DNA of 63,945 nt, filler included, from Olpidium bornovanus S191 (lineage: Eukaryota > Fungi > Olpidiomycota): assembly GCA_017911155.1 (NCBI GenBank). It is 30 parts of 30 records of this genome, joined end to end, with 100 filler letters (N's around TTAATTAATTAA, not from the genome) between each part and the next. Parts side by side here need not be neighbours in the genome. Positions count along the whole stretch, not along the records: positions 10,624 to 12,250 come from JAEFCI010006639.1; positions 12,351 to 13,590 come from JAEFCI010002566.1; positions 13,691 to 15,040 come from JAEFCI010002254.1; positions 15,141 to 18,304 come from JAEFCI010004781.1; positions 18,405 to 19,749 come from JAEFCI010005272.1; positions 19,850 to 21,709 come from JAEFCI010001718.1; positions 21,810 to 23,177 come from JAEFCI010001243.1; 23 more parts are not named here. One strand, 5' to 3'. Shown here piece by piece: positions 10,624-22,400 of the stretch. How positions within the stretch are numbered: position 1 is the stretch's first letter; each line of letters begins with the position of its first letter. The notes under the pieces were generated by a model. The model did no database searches and was not told where the DNA came from. It was given only the letters and a program-made list of their open reading frames with translations. Made by a program: the position numbers and the translations under genes.

Positions 10624-11921
10624 CATGTCCTTAACGTATTGCAGATTTTTTTCGAGGATCGCCTTTTCTTGCGACAAGTGAACCTGCAAAAAAACGCGTT
10701 TGATGATCAGTAGAGAAAAACAAGCGGCCCAAAGGAATATGACACAAACTCCTTGAGCAAACTTACGTTGAATCGTTCTTGCTGGGCCTTAACCTGCTTG
10801 TCAAATTCCGCCTTGGTCAACTCCAGCGTACTGGCCTGCCGTTCGATCCGTTGTTTGGCCTGCTTGAGCTCAAAGTTCAGCTTGATGACCAACTGCTTCT
10901 GCTCCGCCTCTGAAGGATGCACCGAGCCTGGTTACATTCACTGGTGCTCGCACCGGTCGATTCGTCATTGCACAGTAAACCCACCAACAGCGCTGGGCAA
11001 CGCTGGTACGCCAGAAGCGTCTGTGTCATCGCCCTCGACTCTTGGCCGCTGCAGGGTTATTGCCGTTCCAGCAGCTTGTCACATGACAGGACACTCTGCT
11101 GCCCTTTCTCGATTACCGCCGCAAAGTGCGCCGCATCTCCCGAAAAGTCGGGTTCCCCGGAGAATCGGGCAGGCAGCATAGAATTCTCTTGGGGCGAAGC
11201 GCGAGGCGGGGGAGGAGAGAAGGGGGAGTGAGGGTGGGGTGGGTTGGGTGAGGGAGGGGGCGCGCACCTTTCTGCCTGCCGGCGAGACACGCGGCAACGG
11301 CGCACACGGTCCTGGAGGCTGTGGCTGAGGTGAATGATGGCCAGGTGCGGCAAGTGCAGAAGCGTGTACGACGGCGGCTGGTGGGGGTATTTCGGGCGGT
11401 TGGGGCGCGGGTCTGCCGACAGCCGTCGTCGCCGGCGCGGCAGACAACTTGCTCGCGGAGCCGGCGAGAGGGACTGCGGGCGACGGGCTGGTTTGCGCGC
11501 TGTTCGGCGCAAGCGGGACACCAAACGGCGCGTGCCGGACCCCGAACGCCGCCGCCGCCGTGCCCGGCGATCCCGCTCCAAGCGTGAGCCCCGCACCGGG
11601 CCGCACCCCCGCAGGAGCGGACGAGGCGGCGACTCCTGGCGCCGGCGGCGGAAAGTGAATCCTCTGCCTGGGCTGCGACTGCCGCCTAGCGCCGGCCAGT
11701 TGCGCCGCGGCGGCGGCGGCGCTGTCGGTGGGGTCGGCGCCGCTCGCAGGTGCCGGCGACGTGGCCGCGCCGTTCCCCGGGGTGGCCGACAATGCGACGC
11801 CCTCGGGCCCCGCAAGCGCGACTGGGCCAGCGGCGCTCCTGTCCTCGGGCGTACGGCCGTTCGCGACGACGGAGGAGGGCTTCGCGTGAGCCGCGGCCGC
11901 CCCGGCATCGTCGGTGTCCAT
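10624..11921 (-). CDS. Unknown protein with a low-complexity N-terminus and coiled-coil exons, partial
   Basis: Ala/Pro-rich ORF from 11921. Spliceable coiled-coil exons GSVHPSEAEQKQLVIKLNFELKQAKQRIERQASTLELTKAEFDKQVKAQQERFN|GTAAGT and TTTGCAG|VHLSQEKAILEKNLQYVKDM. The middle exon structure is unresolved. Confidence 0.45.
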
Positions 11922-11979
11922 GCGCGTGTCTGGTGCGCTTTGTCTGTCTTGCGCTAGCGTGGAGGACGGGGTGTTCTGC

Positions 11980-12015
<36 letters not shown>

Positions 12016-12039
12016 GGGGGGGGGGGGGGGGGGTTTTTT

Positions 12040-12076
<37 letters not shown>

Positions 12077-12350
12077 CGAGGGCAGGACGGGGCGCGAGAT
12101 GGCCACTACAGGCAGCACGCCATTAGAGCCATGCTCATCACATTCCGAGAGAGCGTGTAAGTTACAGGTGGTTGTGAATCAATATTCTCAGGGCCCCTTG
12201 CCAAAGGCCGTCAAAATGACTGCAGGGAAAAATACATATGCACTGTCTGCNNNNNNNNNNNNNNNNNNNNNNNNNNNNNNNNNNNNNNNNNNNNTTAATT
12301 AATTAANNNNNNNNNNNNNNNNNNNNNNNNNNNNNNNNNNNNNNNNNNNN

Positions 12351-12885
12351 TCGATTACACTTCTTCGTGTGCAGCAGGCCCAAGCCACCGCTTACGATCG
12401 CTCACGCGTGCACCACACCGTCGCTGTAGGCGGCAGAGTTTTCCTGGATCGGGACGGCCTCCAAACCCATGCGCCCTCCCTCCCGGGCAGGTAACCTTCC
12501 ACATGCCTCGGGTCCTTTTTGTGTTCTCGGAGTCGACGCGCGCAGCCCGGCCCGGTCCATCCCTGGTTCTCCCCCAAGTCGACTTCGCGCTTACATCCTT
12601 TCCCCGTCGCTTGCCCCTTATTCTCTGCAATAATCCGTGCCCGGCCTCGGTGATCATTGCGAGCGAATCGGAGCCTTGAGTCCATCCTCGCCGAACCGCA
12701 CCATCTGTCAGCAGCAACCAATTCTTGGTCAAGTGGAAGGGGGTTACGACACCGGTTAGAGTTCCTGGGAACCGGTCATTAACCTCGTACACGTCTGCGC
12801 CGCGATCGCAGGTTTCCGTCAGCCAGCAGGCCATAATTCCTGTCGTCCCGGTCGGGAGTAGCCTCCGGAGGGGGGGGGGGGGGGG
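12351..12885 (+). mobile_element. Degenerate chromoviral Ty3/gypsy integrase C-terminus (GPY/F module + chromodomain)
   Basis: Across frameshifts: QQAQATAYDRSRVHHTVAVGGRVFLDRDGL...GPFCVLGVD...VHPWF...QFLVKWKG...SWEPVINLVHV, followed by a G-rich PPT-like run. It parallels the element at 13890-14633. Confidence 0.75.
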
Positions 12886-13889
12886 GCCTTGGGCCGCCGG
12901 CTGTTTCCCTCTCCAAAGTTTTTCGTTGCCCCTCTGTCACCGGCGCAGCAGCTTTTTTCCCATTTCGTACGCAAAATAACAAAACGCGGGCCACAGGCAG
13001 TTGTTTTTGGTTTTGGGAAGGCGGTGACGGAGGCGTTGCGTTCGCAAGAGACTTTTTGCTTCGACGGGGTCAGAGGAGCCTTGGAATCATAACCAGTGGT
13101 TTTTGGTTCTGGGGACGGCGTTGTAGCTGGAGGATTCCCAATATTTCGAACAGACCGCTACGTAACCGTCGACGGACCACCACCACACACACTTCGAAAC
13201 AATACGAAGACCCGAATCACAGCAGACGGAATTGGTGACGCGAAACGCGGCCGGCCCCCCGGTTCCAAACCATGCCAAGACGTGCACCGCCAGTTCTTCG
13301 GAAGACAAGGCCAACTGGTCAGACCCGCGGGGGGAACGGTGGCGCTCCTCGGCCGCCGTTTAGAGAGAGCGCAGGCCCATTACGGTCAAGGTTGAGGGTC
13401 CGGGGTCAGGGCCAGTTGGTAGAGGGGCAGAGCTCCCGAGTACGCTTCCACGAAGATTGCCCGGCGCCGCCATGCACGGGGAGTGCTGCTTGCTGTTCCG
13501 ACTTGGATGCGCGGCACGGTGGCCCATTGGTGGCTTAATCACGTGACGTCAGGGCGAACACGCAACCGTTGCCCGTTTTCTCACACCCGANNNNNNNNNN
13601 NNNNNNNNNNNNNNNNNNNNNNNNNNNNNNNNNNTTAATTAATTAANNNNNNNNNNNNNNNNNNNNNNNNNNNNNNNNNNNNNNNNNNNNAGGCAAAGTA
13701 AACGACGGGCGCAAGCGAGCGAAATACTGCAAGACGAGCAAAAGGTGCAAAGGTCAAAATGATGCAAAGGGAGTGAAACCGGAGGGAAATCGAGGGAAAA
13801 CGGGGTTCGGAGCTAGAGCAATCGAAGCCGGGGTCGACGCCCGCAAAAGCCATTTTGGGCGCCGACAGCGGGCGGTTCGAGGGCCGTGC

Positions 13890-14633
13890 CACAGCACAGC
13901 GCAACACCAACAAGCCAACGGCCTGTTCGAGGTCACCGTCAAAACCGTCAAACACGCCCTCGGCGCATTCCCTGCCTCTTCGGACAACTGGTTAGATGAA
14001 CTCCCCGTACTTGAAGCCGCCTACAACGACACACCACATTCGACTACCGGCCTATCTCCGTTCTCACTATGTTTTGGCCAGGAACTTAACTTTGGAATTA
14101 ACCCTGAACGAACACCGATACCTTCCGCCGACGACCTCGCCGATCGACTCCACTCGCGACTCTCCGCGGCCCGGGACTCCATTTGTCAGGCCCAGAAGGC
14201 CCAGGTTGCCGCATACGATGCAATTCGTTTACACCACACCTTCAACCGTGGAGACCTGGTCTTACTGGATCGTGCCGGTCTCAACCTTTGCAACTCCACG
14301 CTCTCAGATAAATATTCCTCCGACGCCATCGGCCCATACTGTATTCGTGACATCGACTCTCGGGGTAACTGCCACCTTGAATTACCAGCGTCACTTCCGG
14401 TCCACCTGTGGTTCGTGGCCTCAAAGCTCCGCCCATACGTCGAGCCTTCCTCGTTTGCGCCCATCCCGCGCACAAATCTGCGCCCAGATCCCGTAGTCGT
14501 GGACGGGGAACCGGAATTCGAAGTTGACAGAATAATCACTTCCCGCCGATATCGTGGACACCGCCAGTACCTCGTCGCCTGGAAGGGTTATGCTGGGGGA
14601 CGCTCCGCTGTGGTGCCCCAGGCCCGTGGCTAG
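13890..14633 (+). mobile_element. Chromoviral Ty3/gypsy integrase C-terminal half with GPY/F motif and truncated chromodomain
   Basis: STAQHQQANGLFE (cf. STAYHPQTDGQSE), NWLDELPVLEAAYNDTPHSTTGLSPF, IGPY, VHLWFVASKLRPY, EFEVDRIITSRRYRGHRQYLVAWKGY. The N-terminal HHCC and D,D region is absent. Confidence 0.92.
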
Positions 14634-15140
14634 TGTAAGGTTCCCCTGGGTTTCCATAGGATTCCGTAGGTTTCCAAAGTATAAACATTGGGCCGGACGG
14701 GGGTTGCCGGCTAGGCGCCAACGGAAAACCGAGCACCACACCTCCCTCTTTGTCTTCCTTGGAGGCCGACCTCAGCATCTTGGTAGAGAATCGGCGTTTG
14801 TCATCGGTCCTCGTGCCTCCCCTGACGAGAAAGAGAGAGAAGAGAGCTAGAGAGAGAGAGAGAAGCGGTGACAGCGAGGCGGTCGAGCGCACAGCAGGGG
14901 CAACCACCATCACCATCACCATGGACACGGACCCGCCGCCGCTTCCGCGGCCAGAGCCAGAGGAGCCTAAGCAGCAGAAACAGGAGCAGGGCACTAGCGC
15001 CCCGGTGACGCCGGAGACTAGCCTCCAGGCCGGACAGAGCNNNNNNNNNNNNNNNNNNNNNNNNNNNNNNNNNNNNNNNNNNNNTTAATTAATTAANNNN
15101 NNNNNNNNNNNNNNNNNNNNNNNNNNNNNNNNNNNNNNNN

Positions 15141-18100
15141 CATGGCTTGCGGCCACCGTCGCTATTTTTGCTCGCGGCGTCACGCCCTGCAAAACAACAG
15201 TTAACTGGCGAACACTCTCGATCGTGCGGACGAACTCGTCACGTTTGAATTCCACGAGCCAATCAAGATGGCTCGGCAGTGAGGTCGGCAGCGATAACGT
15301 CAAGTGCAAGCCTTTCCCGGCGGCACTCTCCGGCGTTCGTGTTTGCCGCCGCGCGCGAACAATCGCCGCCGCATCTGAGTCGTCCGTCCTTTCTGGTTTG
15401 CCGGCCGTCCCGCCTTCTTCTTGGAAACGTTCCTTGTAAAAGCCAAGCCGGTGTCATTTTTGGGGGGTCGACGCGCGCGGAATTTTTTTTTCCTACTCAT
15501 TTTTCCTACGAACCTTCTTGACTCGTCCGGAATTGTCTTCAGCCGTTCCGCCAGGCCCATGGTGCCGGTCTGCCGTCTGCGGGGCAAACACGCCTCCGTC
15601 CATAATGCGGTTCTTTTCGGCTTCCGCCGTGATGCTGGCGGCGAGAGGCTTAATTAGGATTTGCTCCGCTCCTTCAATGGGCTGGTGAGCCGCTTCGCTT
15701 TCGGCCTTTTCCAGCATTGCGACCTTGGCTCTTTCGTGGCGGTGCTCTTGCGGCGGAAGTTTCTCCGTCGGCGTCTTTCCAAATTCGCCAGATCTTGCTT
15801 CACCTGGAAGATCAGTGCTGGGTTGGGCTGTTGAGGGTTGACCGAGATTGTCCTCCGGTCGCTGTTCCACAAGATTTGCTTCAAAAGCAGGTTTAATCTC
15901 CTCTGGTTGGCGAAGCAGGTGAAGAATTTGGTTTGACTTGTACCGGATCAGCTGCTGGAAACACTCAGAATTGTCTGTGTCTTCATTACCGCTGTATGAT
16001 ACAAGTTCACCAACTATACCAGTATAACCTGAAGCATCCTCGTCACTGCCTTGCGTACTTAGCTGCCGGATAATCTCTCCTAATACGTGCAAAATTATTT
16101 GCTGCACACGTGTCGGGTCCGTTTCTGTGGACCGAATCCCGCTCAAGTCACTCATTTGCCGGAGGAATTCGTTCGACTTGTACCTTACAAATTCTCCGAA
16201 CTCGTTAACTTGCACCGGGTCCTGCCCGGCAGTTGCTCTTTCACGGAGCTGGTTGAGGATGTCGTTTGATACATAACGAATCATCTCTTGCTGCGTATCA
16301 TCTAAATCCAAACCGTGCGCGTCGAATTGCTTTTCGTGCAGATGCCGGAGAAACTCGTTCGACCTGTGTAGTATGATTTCGCCTAAAGTCTCACCAGAGA
16401 CAACTTGTTCCGGGGGCAGGTCGCGCAGCCGGCTGAGAATATCATTTGACATGTGGCGAACCATTATTTCTTGTTCTTCGTCAACCTCAGGAGGGTACGA
16501 GTCTAACTGACTATCGGCCAGCTTCCGGAGGAAATCGTTTGACCTGTACCGCACAATTTCGGTGACGGCTTCATCTTGGGCAGCCCGTTCGGACGGCGGC
16601 CGTCGAACCAGAGAACGGAGATCGCTCGAGATGTATTGTACCAACTGACGCTGCGGATCACCGGTTTCAGATGCCGCTTCCTTGGACCAATCCCCGCGCA
16701 GCTGGCGCAGCAGTTCGTTTGAACTATAGCGCACAATGTTCCCGATGACGCCAGCCTGGCTGCCGACAAGCTCGTGCGGCGCGTCGTGGAGACGACGCAG
16801 AATCTCATTTGACACGTATCGCACCATCCGTTGCTCTGCACGGTCTACCGCAGCGGGCGGAACCTGCGGCTGAGTGTCGCGCACCCACCGGAAGAACTCC
16901 GCTGACCTGTGCAACACGATTTCGGTCACGGCTTTCTCCGGAATGCACGCCCTTACGGCTTGCCGGTTGAGCTCTTGGGAAACGTCGTTCGAGATCCGAC
17001 GAGCCAATTGCTGCTGGGGATCCAACGCCTCGGGTAGCTCGGCGATTGATCGGTCAACCCCTGATAATTGTTGGAGGAACTCGTTCGATCTGTACCGAAT
17101 AATCTTTCCCAGTTCGTCTGCCTGCTCCGAGGTGTCTGCCGAACGCCGGCGGAACATCTGCAGGATGTCGTTCGCCACGTACTGGACAATCTGCTGGCCG
17201 CGGGCCGACTCGGCGGTTGGAACCTGGGGCGAAATTTCGTGCATCTGACGAAGAAATTCATTCGAACGATATCGCACGATATCTGTGATGGTGTTTTCGG
17301 GAACATCCTGCACTGGCACCACTTGACGCAGGCGGCGAAGGACGTCATTTTGGATGTAACGGATCATCTGCTGCTGGGGATCCGCTGGTTCTGGGAGTGC
17401 CGTCACAGGCACGCATTCTTCCGCGTTTTCGCGAATAATCCTCGCAAGTGCACCCTCCTGCTCGGCGGCAGCCGACAGAGGCGGACGTTTTTGGAGGTAA
17501 CGGTGGATGTTATCGGATACGCGTTGGACCATCTGCTCCTGCGCTGCCTCTTTGCGGACTTTGAGCTCTTCAGCGCGCACAGATTCGAGAAATTCATTGG
17601 ACCTGTAGAGCACAATCTCTTTGACTCCGGCGTCCGAGAAGCCGTGCGGGCCCGCCTGTTGAGTGTGGCTGGTTATGTCTTCTACGATGTGAGAGATCAT
17701 CTGCTGTTGGGCGTCAGCTGCATTCTGAGCCTGTACGGCCTGTCCGGATAAGCAACGAAGAAACTCGTTTGACCGATAGCGCACAATGTCCACGATGTGG
17801 TCGGCCTCGTGCTTTCCGGGCGGGCGCTCGTGCAGCTGGTGGATAACCTCGTCGGAAATGCACTGGATCATCTGCTGATGCGCTTCAGCGCACGCCGGAT
17901 GATCCGTCTCCCACCTCTCCCGCTGCAGCTGCTGCAGATAACCGTTTGCTCTATACTGCACAATGTCTCTTACTGCTTCGCGCGTGATGGTCGCACCGCG
18001 CCTTTCGTCGCGAAGTCGGGCCAATAAGTCGTTTGCCACAAACCGAACCAGCTGCTGCTGAGCATCGCGCACATCAGGGAGGTTCGCGACCTGCTCTGAA

Positions 18101-18304
18101 GTATCGCACACGGGCGTCGCTTGGCCGTCGTCGTTCTGCCCAGCGTCCGCCGCTCGCTGAAGCACATCCGCCGGCTGTTTGCCCATGAGGAGGCTGAGGA
18201 ACTCGTTTGACCTGTAGCGCATTATCCTCCCCAGCGCTTCGGCTTGTTCGGCAGTGTTCGTGCCTGGCGGCTGTTGCTGGAGGTAACGCAGGACATCGTT
18301 GGAC
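15141..18304 (-). CDS. Unrecognised tandem alpha-helical repeat protein (about 13 x ~60 aa), both ends truncated, at least 1028 aa
   Basis: The frame is open from the contig edge 18304 to 15514. An 81-nt intron (GTTCGT 15513...TTTACAAG 15433, phase 0) joins to an exon 15432-15141 that is open to the other edge. Repeated motifs are QQ(Q)(M/L)(I/V)R(Y/H)(I/V)SND(I/V)L and EI(V/I)(R/L)(Y/H)RSNEFL. Confidence 0.9.
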
Positions 18305-18404
18305 NNNNNNNNNNNNNNNNNNNNNNNNNNNNNNNNNNNNNNNNNNNNTTAATTAATTAANNNNNNNNNNNNNNNNNNNNNNNNNNNNNNNNNNNNNNNN
18401 NNNN

Positions 18405-18780
18405 CATGTCCGCCACGTCCACTTCCGTCCCGTTGATGACGACGACCAACCTGGGCTGCTGTTGGGCTTGAGACGGGCCCCCGCCCTCGGCCGCCTGCAC
18501 CGCCGGAGTTCCCGCGGCGGCGGCGGCGGCGGCGGCGGCTGCCTCCTGGGCTCGCGGCTCGCTTTCCGCCTGCGGCGGAGCAGCGGCTTCCTGCCCCTGC
18601 TGAAGTTGGGCATCGGTTTCCATCGGCACAGGCTCCGCGGCCTCCTGCGACGGAGCCTCGACGGCCGCCGGCGGCTCGGGCGTGGCATCGGGCGCGACGG
18701 CGGCCGGCGCAGCACTCTCCTCCGCGGGCGGCGCCGACGCTTCGCGGGCCCTCTCCGTCGTCGCGCCTTCCTCTTCCGCC

Positions 18781-18812
<32 letters not shown>

Positions 18813-19749
18813 GGCGGCGGCAGCGGCTTTGCTACGCGCGGCTTCCGCCGCCTCGCGCTCCTCTTTCAGCCTCCGCTGCCTGTTCGCTTCGTCGGCAGCA
18901 GGCACGAGCACGTTCAAGACGGCGTTCGCCAGCCTGCCGGATTTCTCGGCCACGGCGTTGCCGTACATCAGGCGCGCCTCCTGGTGCCAGCGGCTGCCCG
19001 TCGTGAGCGGACTGAACGTCTTGACGAGCGAGAGAGAGTCCTGTTTCGGCGGAACCGGGTGCGCCGCCTGCTCGTGTCTCGGAGGCGGCACGACCCTGTC
19101 GTTGTCAATGCCGGCGACGATGCGGCCGGGGACGGGGTCCGTGACTTCCAGGCGGTAAGTGCCGCCGCTCCGCGCGCTGTGCTGCAGAAGCTGGCCCAGG
19201 ATTTGCACGGCGTTGCCCCCGATAAGCTCTCCAAACGCGCTCCAGTCAGCGCGGCTGGCGCCACCCCGCTGGCTCCGCGACCGCGGGATGTCAGCACCCT
19301 GGTGCGCGGCGTTCGCGGGACGGTTCACGAGAAGCGGATGAACCAGCGCTTCGTCGGCTGCGTCTGAAAGGCCGATGCCCGCGCAGAACGGCGGTCAGCA
19401 GGCCGCGGCGCCCCCCTTGCCGCGCAAAAAACAAAAAAAAAGACAGGAACAAAAAAACACACCTTGGCGGGTCTCGCGTTGAATCCGCGCGTTCTCAATA
19501 ATGAAGCCCCCGCCGGCTTCCTGGTTCCACAGCGGGTCCAGCACGTGCGAGCGCATGTCGCCCGCCATCCTGTGGAAAAGCTCAAACTCGTCCGCCTCGT
19601 CCGACTCCCCCTCTTCTTCGTCGTTGTCTGTGTCTTCGTCGTCGACGAAGAGGGCGCCGTGGTTGTTGTACGGGTCGACGAGGTCGTGGATGTGGCCGTC
19701 CTGGCCGCCGCCGGCGATGTCCCCGTCGTGGTCGCCGTGGTGGCGGTGG
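18405..19749 (-). CDS. TOM1: HECT E3 ubiquitin ligase TOM1/HUWE1, internal fragment
   Basis: An acidic tract, then (intron 19462-19364) DAADEALVHPLL...ELIGGNAVQIL, FSPLTTGSRWHQEARLMYG, RLANAVLNVLVP and RLVVVINGTEVDVADM. This matches the region just before the Tom1/HUWE1 UBM (GIDPTFLEALP). Confidence 0.8.
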
Positions 19750-19849
19750 NNNNNNNNNNNNNNNNNNNNNNNNNNNNNNNNNNNNNNNNNNNNTTAATTA
19801 ATTAANNNNNNNNNNNNNNNNNNNNNNNNNNNNNNNNNNNNNNNNNNNN

Positions 19850-21159
19850 CATGGTGCGGCAGATTGTCAACCCGCGGCCGCGCGCCCGATTTCCGAGACG
19901 GGCCAAGCGTAACGTGCTGTGCGCAGGTGACGACCTAGAGTCCTCAGGTGGCCTCGTTATAGAGTTTTCCGGCCTCGCGCCGTTTTCGGTCACCCTCGAC
20001 GTGCGCCACGAGGAATCGAGCCGACCGCACACGGTCACCGCCGTTGATATCCACCCCGAGGCGGATGGGAGATTTGTTTTTACCCCAGATATATCGTTTC
20101 CCACCGTCGGGACGTACACGATCGCCATCACCGATGTGCACGACGCCACGGGCTGCGGAGGGATCGTTAGTGCAGGACAGGAAGACTCGAGGGTCACGAT
20201 TGAAGTGCTGGATGCGGCGGGCATCGCGCCCCTCGCCGCGTCGCGCGAGGGAAAGTGCGTCGGGGACACAATATCCTTTGCGCTGCAGGGAATCCCGCCG
20301 TGAGCACACCCGGAAATGGGTTCTGTGAGCGACGTTTGATTTGATGTGCCCGATTAATTCAAATGTTGGTCCCCCCAAACCGTTAGATGGCAGGTTGATT
20401 ACGAGTTTAACGGCCGAAAGGAGACTGTCAGAGATATATCTTCACCAGTGTTCACACAGCTCGCCAATGCGGCGGGCAACCTCACTATCACGCGAGTTTG
20501 CCACCAGCAGGTCGCGCACTGCTGTACTAAACCGAAGGGACTGACTAACATAATCCACGAGTTGCCCGGGGTGAAGCTCAGCGGAGGAAGGGACATTATT
20601 GAAGATATCAGAGAAGGTTTGGAGGAAATTCTGCGATTTCGTTGTCTGGCTTGAACTAGTGATTTCGTTGATGTTGATCTGTGCGGACGTTCAAATTCAC
20701 TTCGGCAGGCGATAAAACGGAGATTATGGTGGAACTTTCTGGCGGTACGCATCGTGCTTTTTAACTTTTCGCCTTCGGGATGTTCTCGTGTCGTTTGTGG
20801 GCTGCTTGCCTTGTCGCTGCACCATTTTTTGCTGAAGTGTTTCGATATCGACCCGTCACAGAGCCACCCTTCAGCTTTACCTACACTCGGAGTGAGGCCA
20901 GCCCGCATACGGGCCACAGCGCGAAGCAGTCGAAACGTAAGCGCGTCCTGGAAACGCACACTGTCAGCGACATAGAAAGCCATTACCATTCGATTATCAC
21001 GAGTCAAGAAGGTGCGCGACATCTCTGAGAATTGTCTTTTGCCTCACGTGGAGGATCATAAACGGAGATGCTCGCTTTCCTCTTACTTTTGATTCTCTCA
21101 TCCAGGCACATTTGAGGTAACCAGTGTCGTCGATAGATGGTGCGAGTACCCTCGTGCAG
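19850..21159 (+). CDS. POM152: Nuclear pore membrane protein Pom152, C-terminal Ig-like repeats, 5'-truncated
   Basis: Spliced exons give FSGLAPFSVT...DATGCG...CVGDTISFALQGIPP|WQVDYEFNG...TRVCHQ...IEDIREG|DKTEIMVELSG|EPPFSFTYTRS...HTVSDI...SQEG|TFEVTSVVDRWCEYP, characteristic of the Pom152 C-terminus. Confidence 0.9.
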
Positions 21160-22049
21160 GTGAGTTTCTTTTTGATTTTTCGACAGTTGATTACGGGTCA
21201 CTTTTGCTGTCGTGGTAGCTTGTTCTGACAAGACGCACGGCCGTTTCAACCCTTTTCAGTGAGGAACCTCGACGCTTTCACCCGGACTGACGAGAAGCGA
21301 GAGGGCCGGTAGTCGTCGCACTGATCGAACAGTGGCGAGCCGTCCCCGATTTTTTTTTTTTCGTTTGAGACGTCTCTTTTCTACCGTTTCTTCCACGTTT
21401 TTCGTCTCCGATTCGTGTACTACATAGAGGAACACTGGCTCTCTCGGACAATTTCCGCACCGGCCCGTGTTCGCTAACCAGGAGGCCAGCTCTGAACCTC
21501 GGGGCGTTTCGTTGTTGCGCGAGCTGTAACGAAAAGCGCGGCGTCGACGCGCTTTTCCATCACTTGATTGACCTCCGCCGGGTTTGGACATGGAAAAAAG
21601 TAGCGGTCAACACCATCCCTGGGACATTCAAGGGACCATCCTGCCGACGATTTTTTGGGCACGCCCAAAGCACTTCCGTTTGTGGGAACGGGGAATATTC
21701 CGAGGATTANNNNNNNNNNNNNNNNNNNNNNNNNNNNNNNNNNNNNNNNNNNNTTAATTAATTAANNNNNNNNNNNNNNNNNNNNNNNNNNNNNNNNNNN
21801 NNNNNNNNNAAAGGGGAAGGGGGGGGGGGAAGGGGGGGGGGGGTGGGGGGGGGGGGGGGGGGGACACGCGTTCCTGAAAGTTATTAGCCCTCCGTTGCGC
21901 ATGGCAAAACTAGCCCTTCGCTCCATACCATTTTCATGGCTCGCGCAACGCCCCGGCACTTCCCACAATCAACGTTCCGACACATCCCCGAAAAAAGATG
22001 AGCGTTGCTTTCCCAGCCCACGCGGGAAGCGCAGTCGCAGCCCGTGATA

Positions 22050-22400
22050 ATAAAGAAAATGACCGAGAACTGTCGGCCCCCCGGTTACCCCTCGAACAAA
22101 GACTCGGGCAATCAAGGGCGTTTTCCCTTTAACCGCGCACCGTTGGGCAACAAAGCGCGCGTGGTACTTGTTAATACTGATCAAACTTTAATTTACACTT
22201 GTATACCTACTTTCCCCGAAGGACATGCTTCTCGGGACAGTGGATTAGGTTGCAGGCCGGGAAGCTTTCTAGCGTGGCAGTCTCCAATTACGTGACCTGA
22301 CGCCATTCCCACGCTTCTGGATTCTCCGTTGCTTTCTTGTACGATCGGGGTTCACCCGTTGGGCGGTCAAGGATCGTCGCTGCAGTCAGTGCCATTCCAG
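22050..22400 (-). mobile_element. Degenerate Ty1/copia reverse transcriptase N-terminal relic
   Basis: EPRSYKKATENPEAWEWRQVT*...HVLRGK*VYKCKLKFD/INKYHARFVAQ (cf. EPxSYxEA...W...KWVYKxK...RYKARLVAQG), with stops and a frameshift. Confidence 0.8.

Noticed and set aside
14634-14760. TGTAAG after the integrase as a possible LTR start
   Set aside because: No proper polypurine tract immediately upstream, the chromodomain is truncated here, and there is no second LTR in the window to compare.
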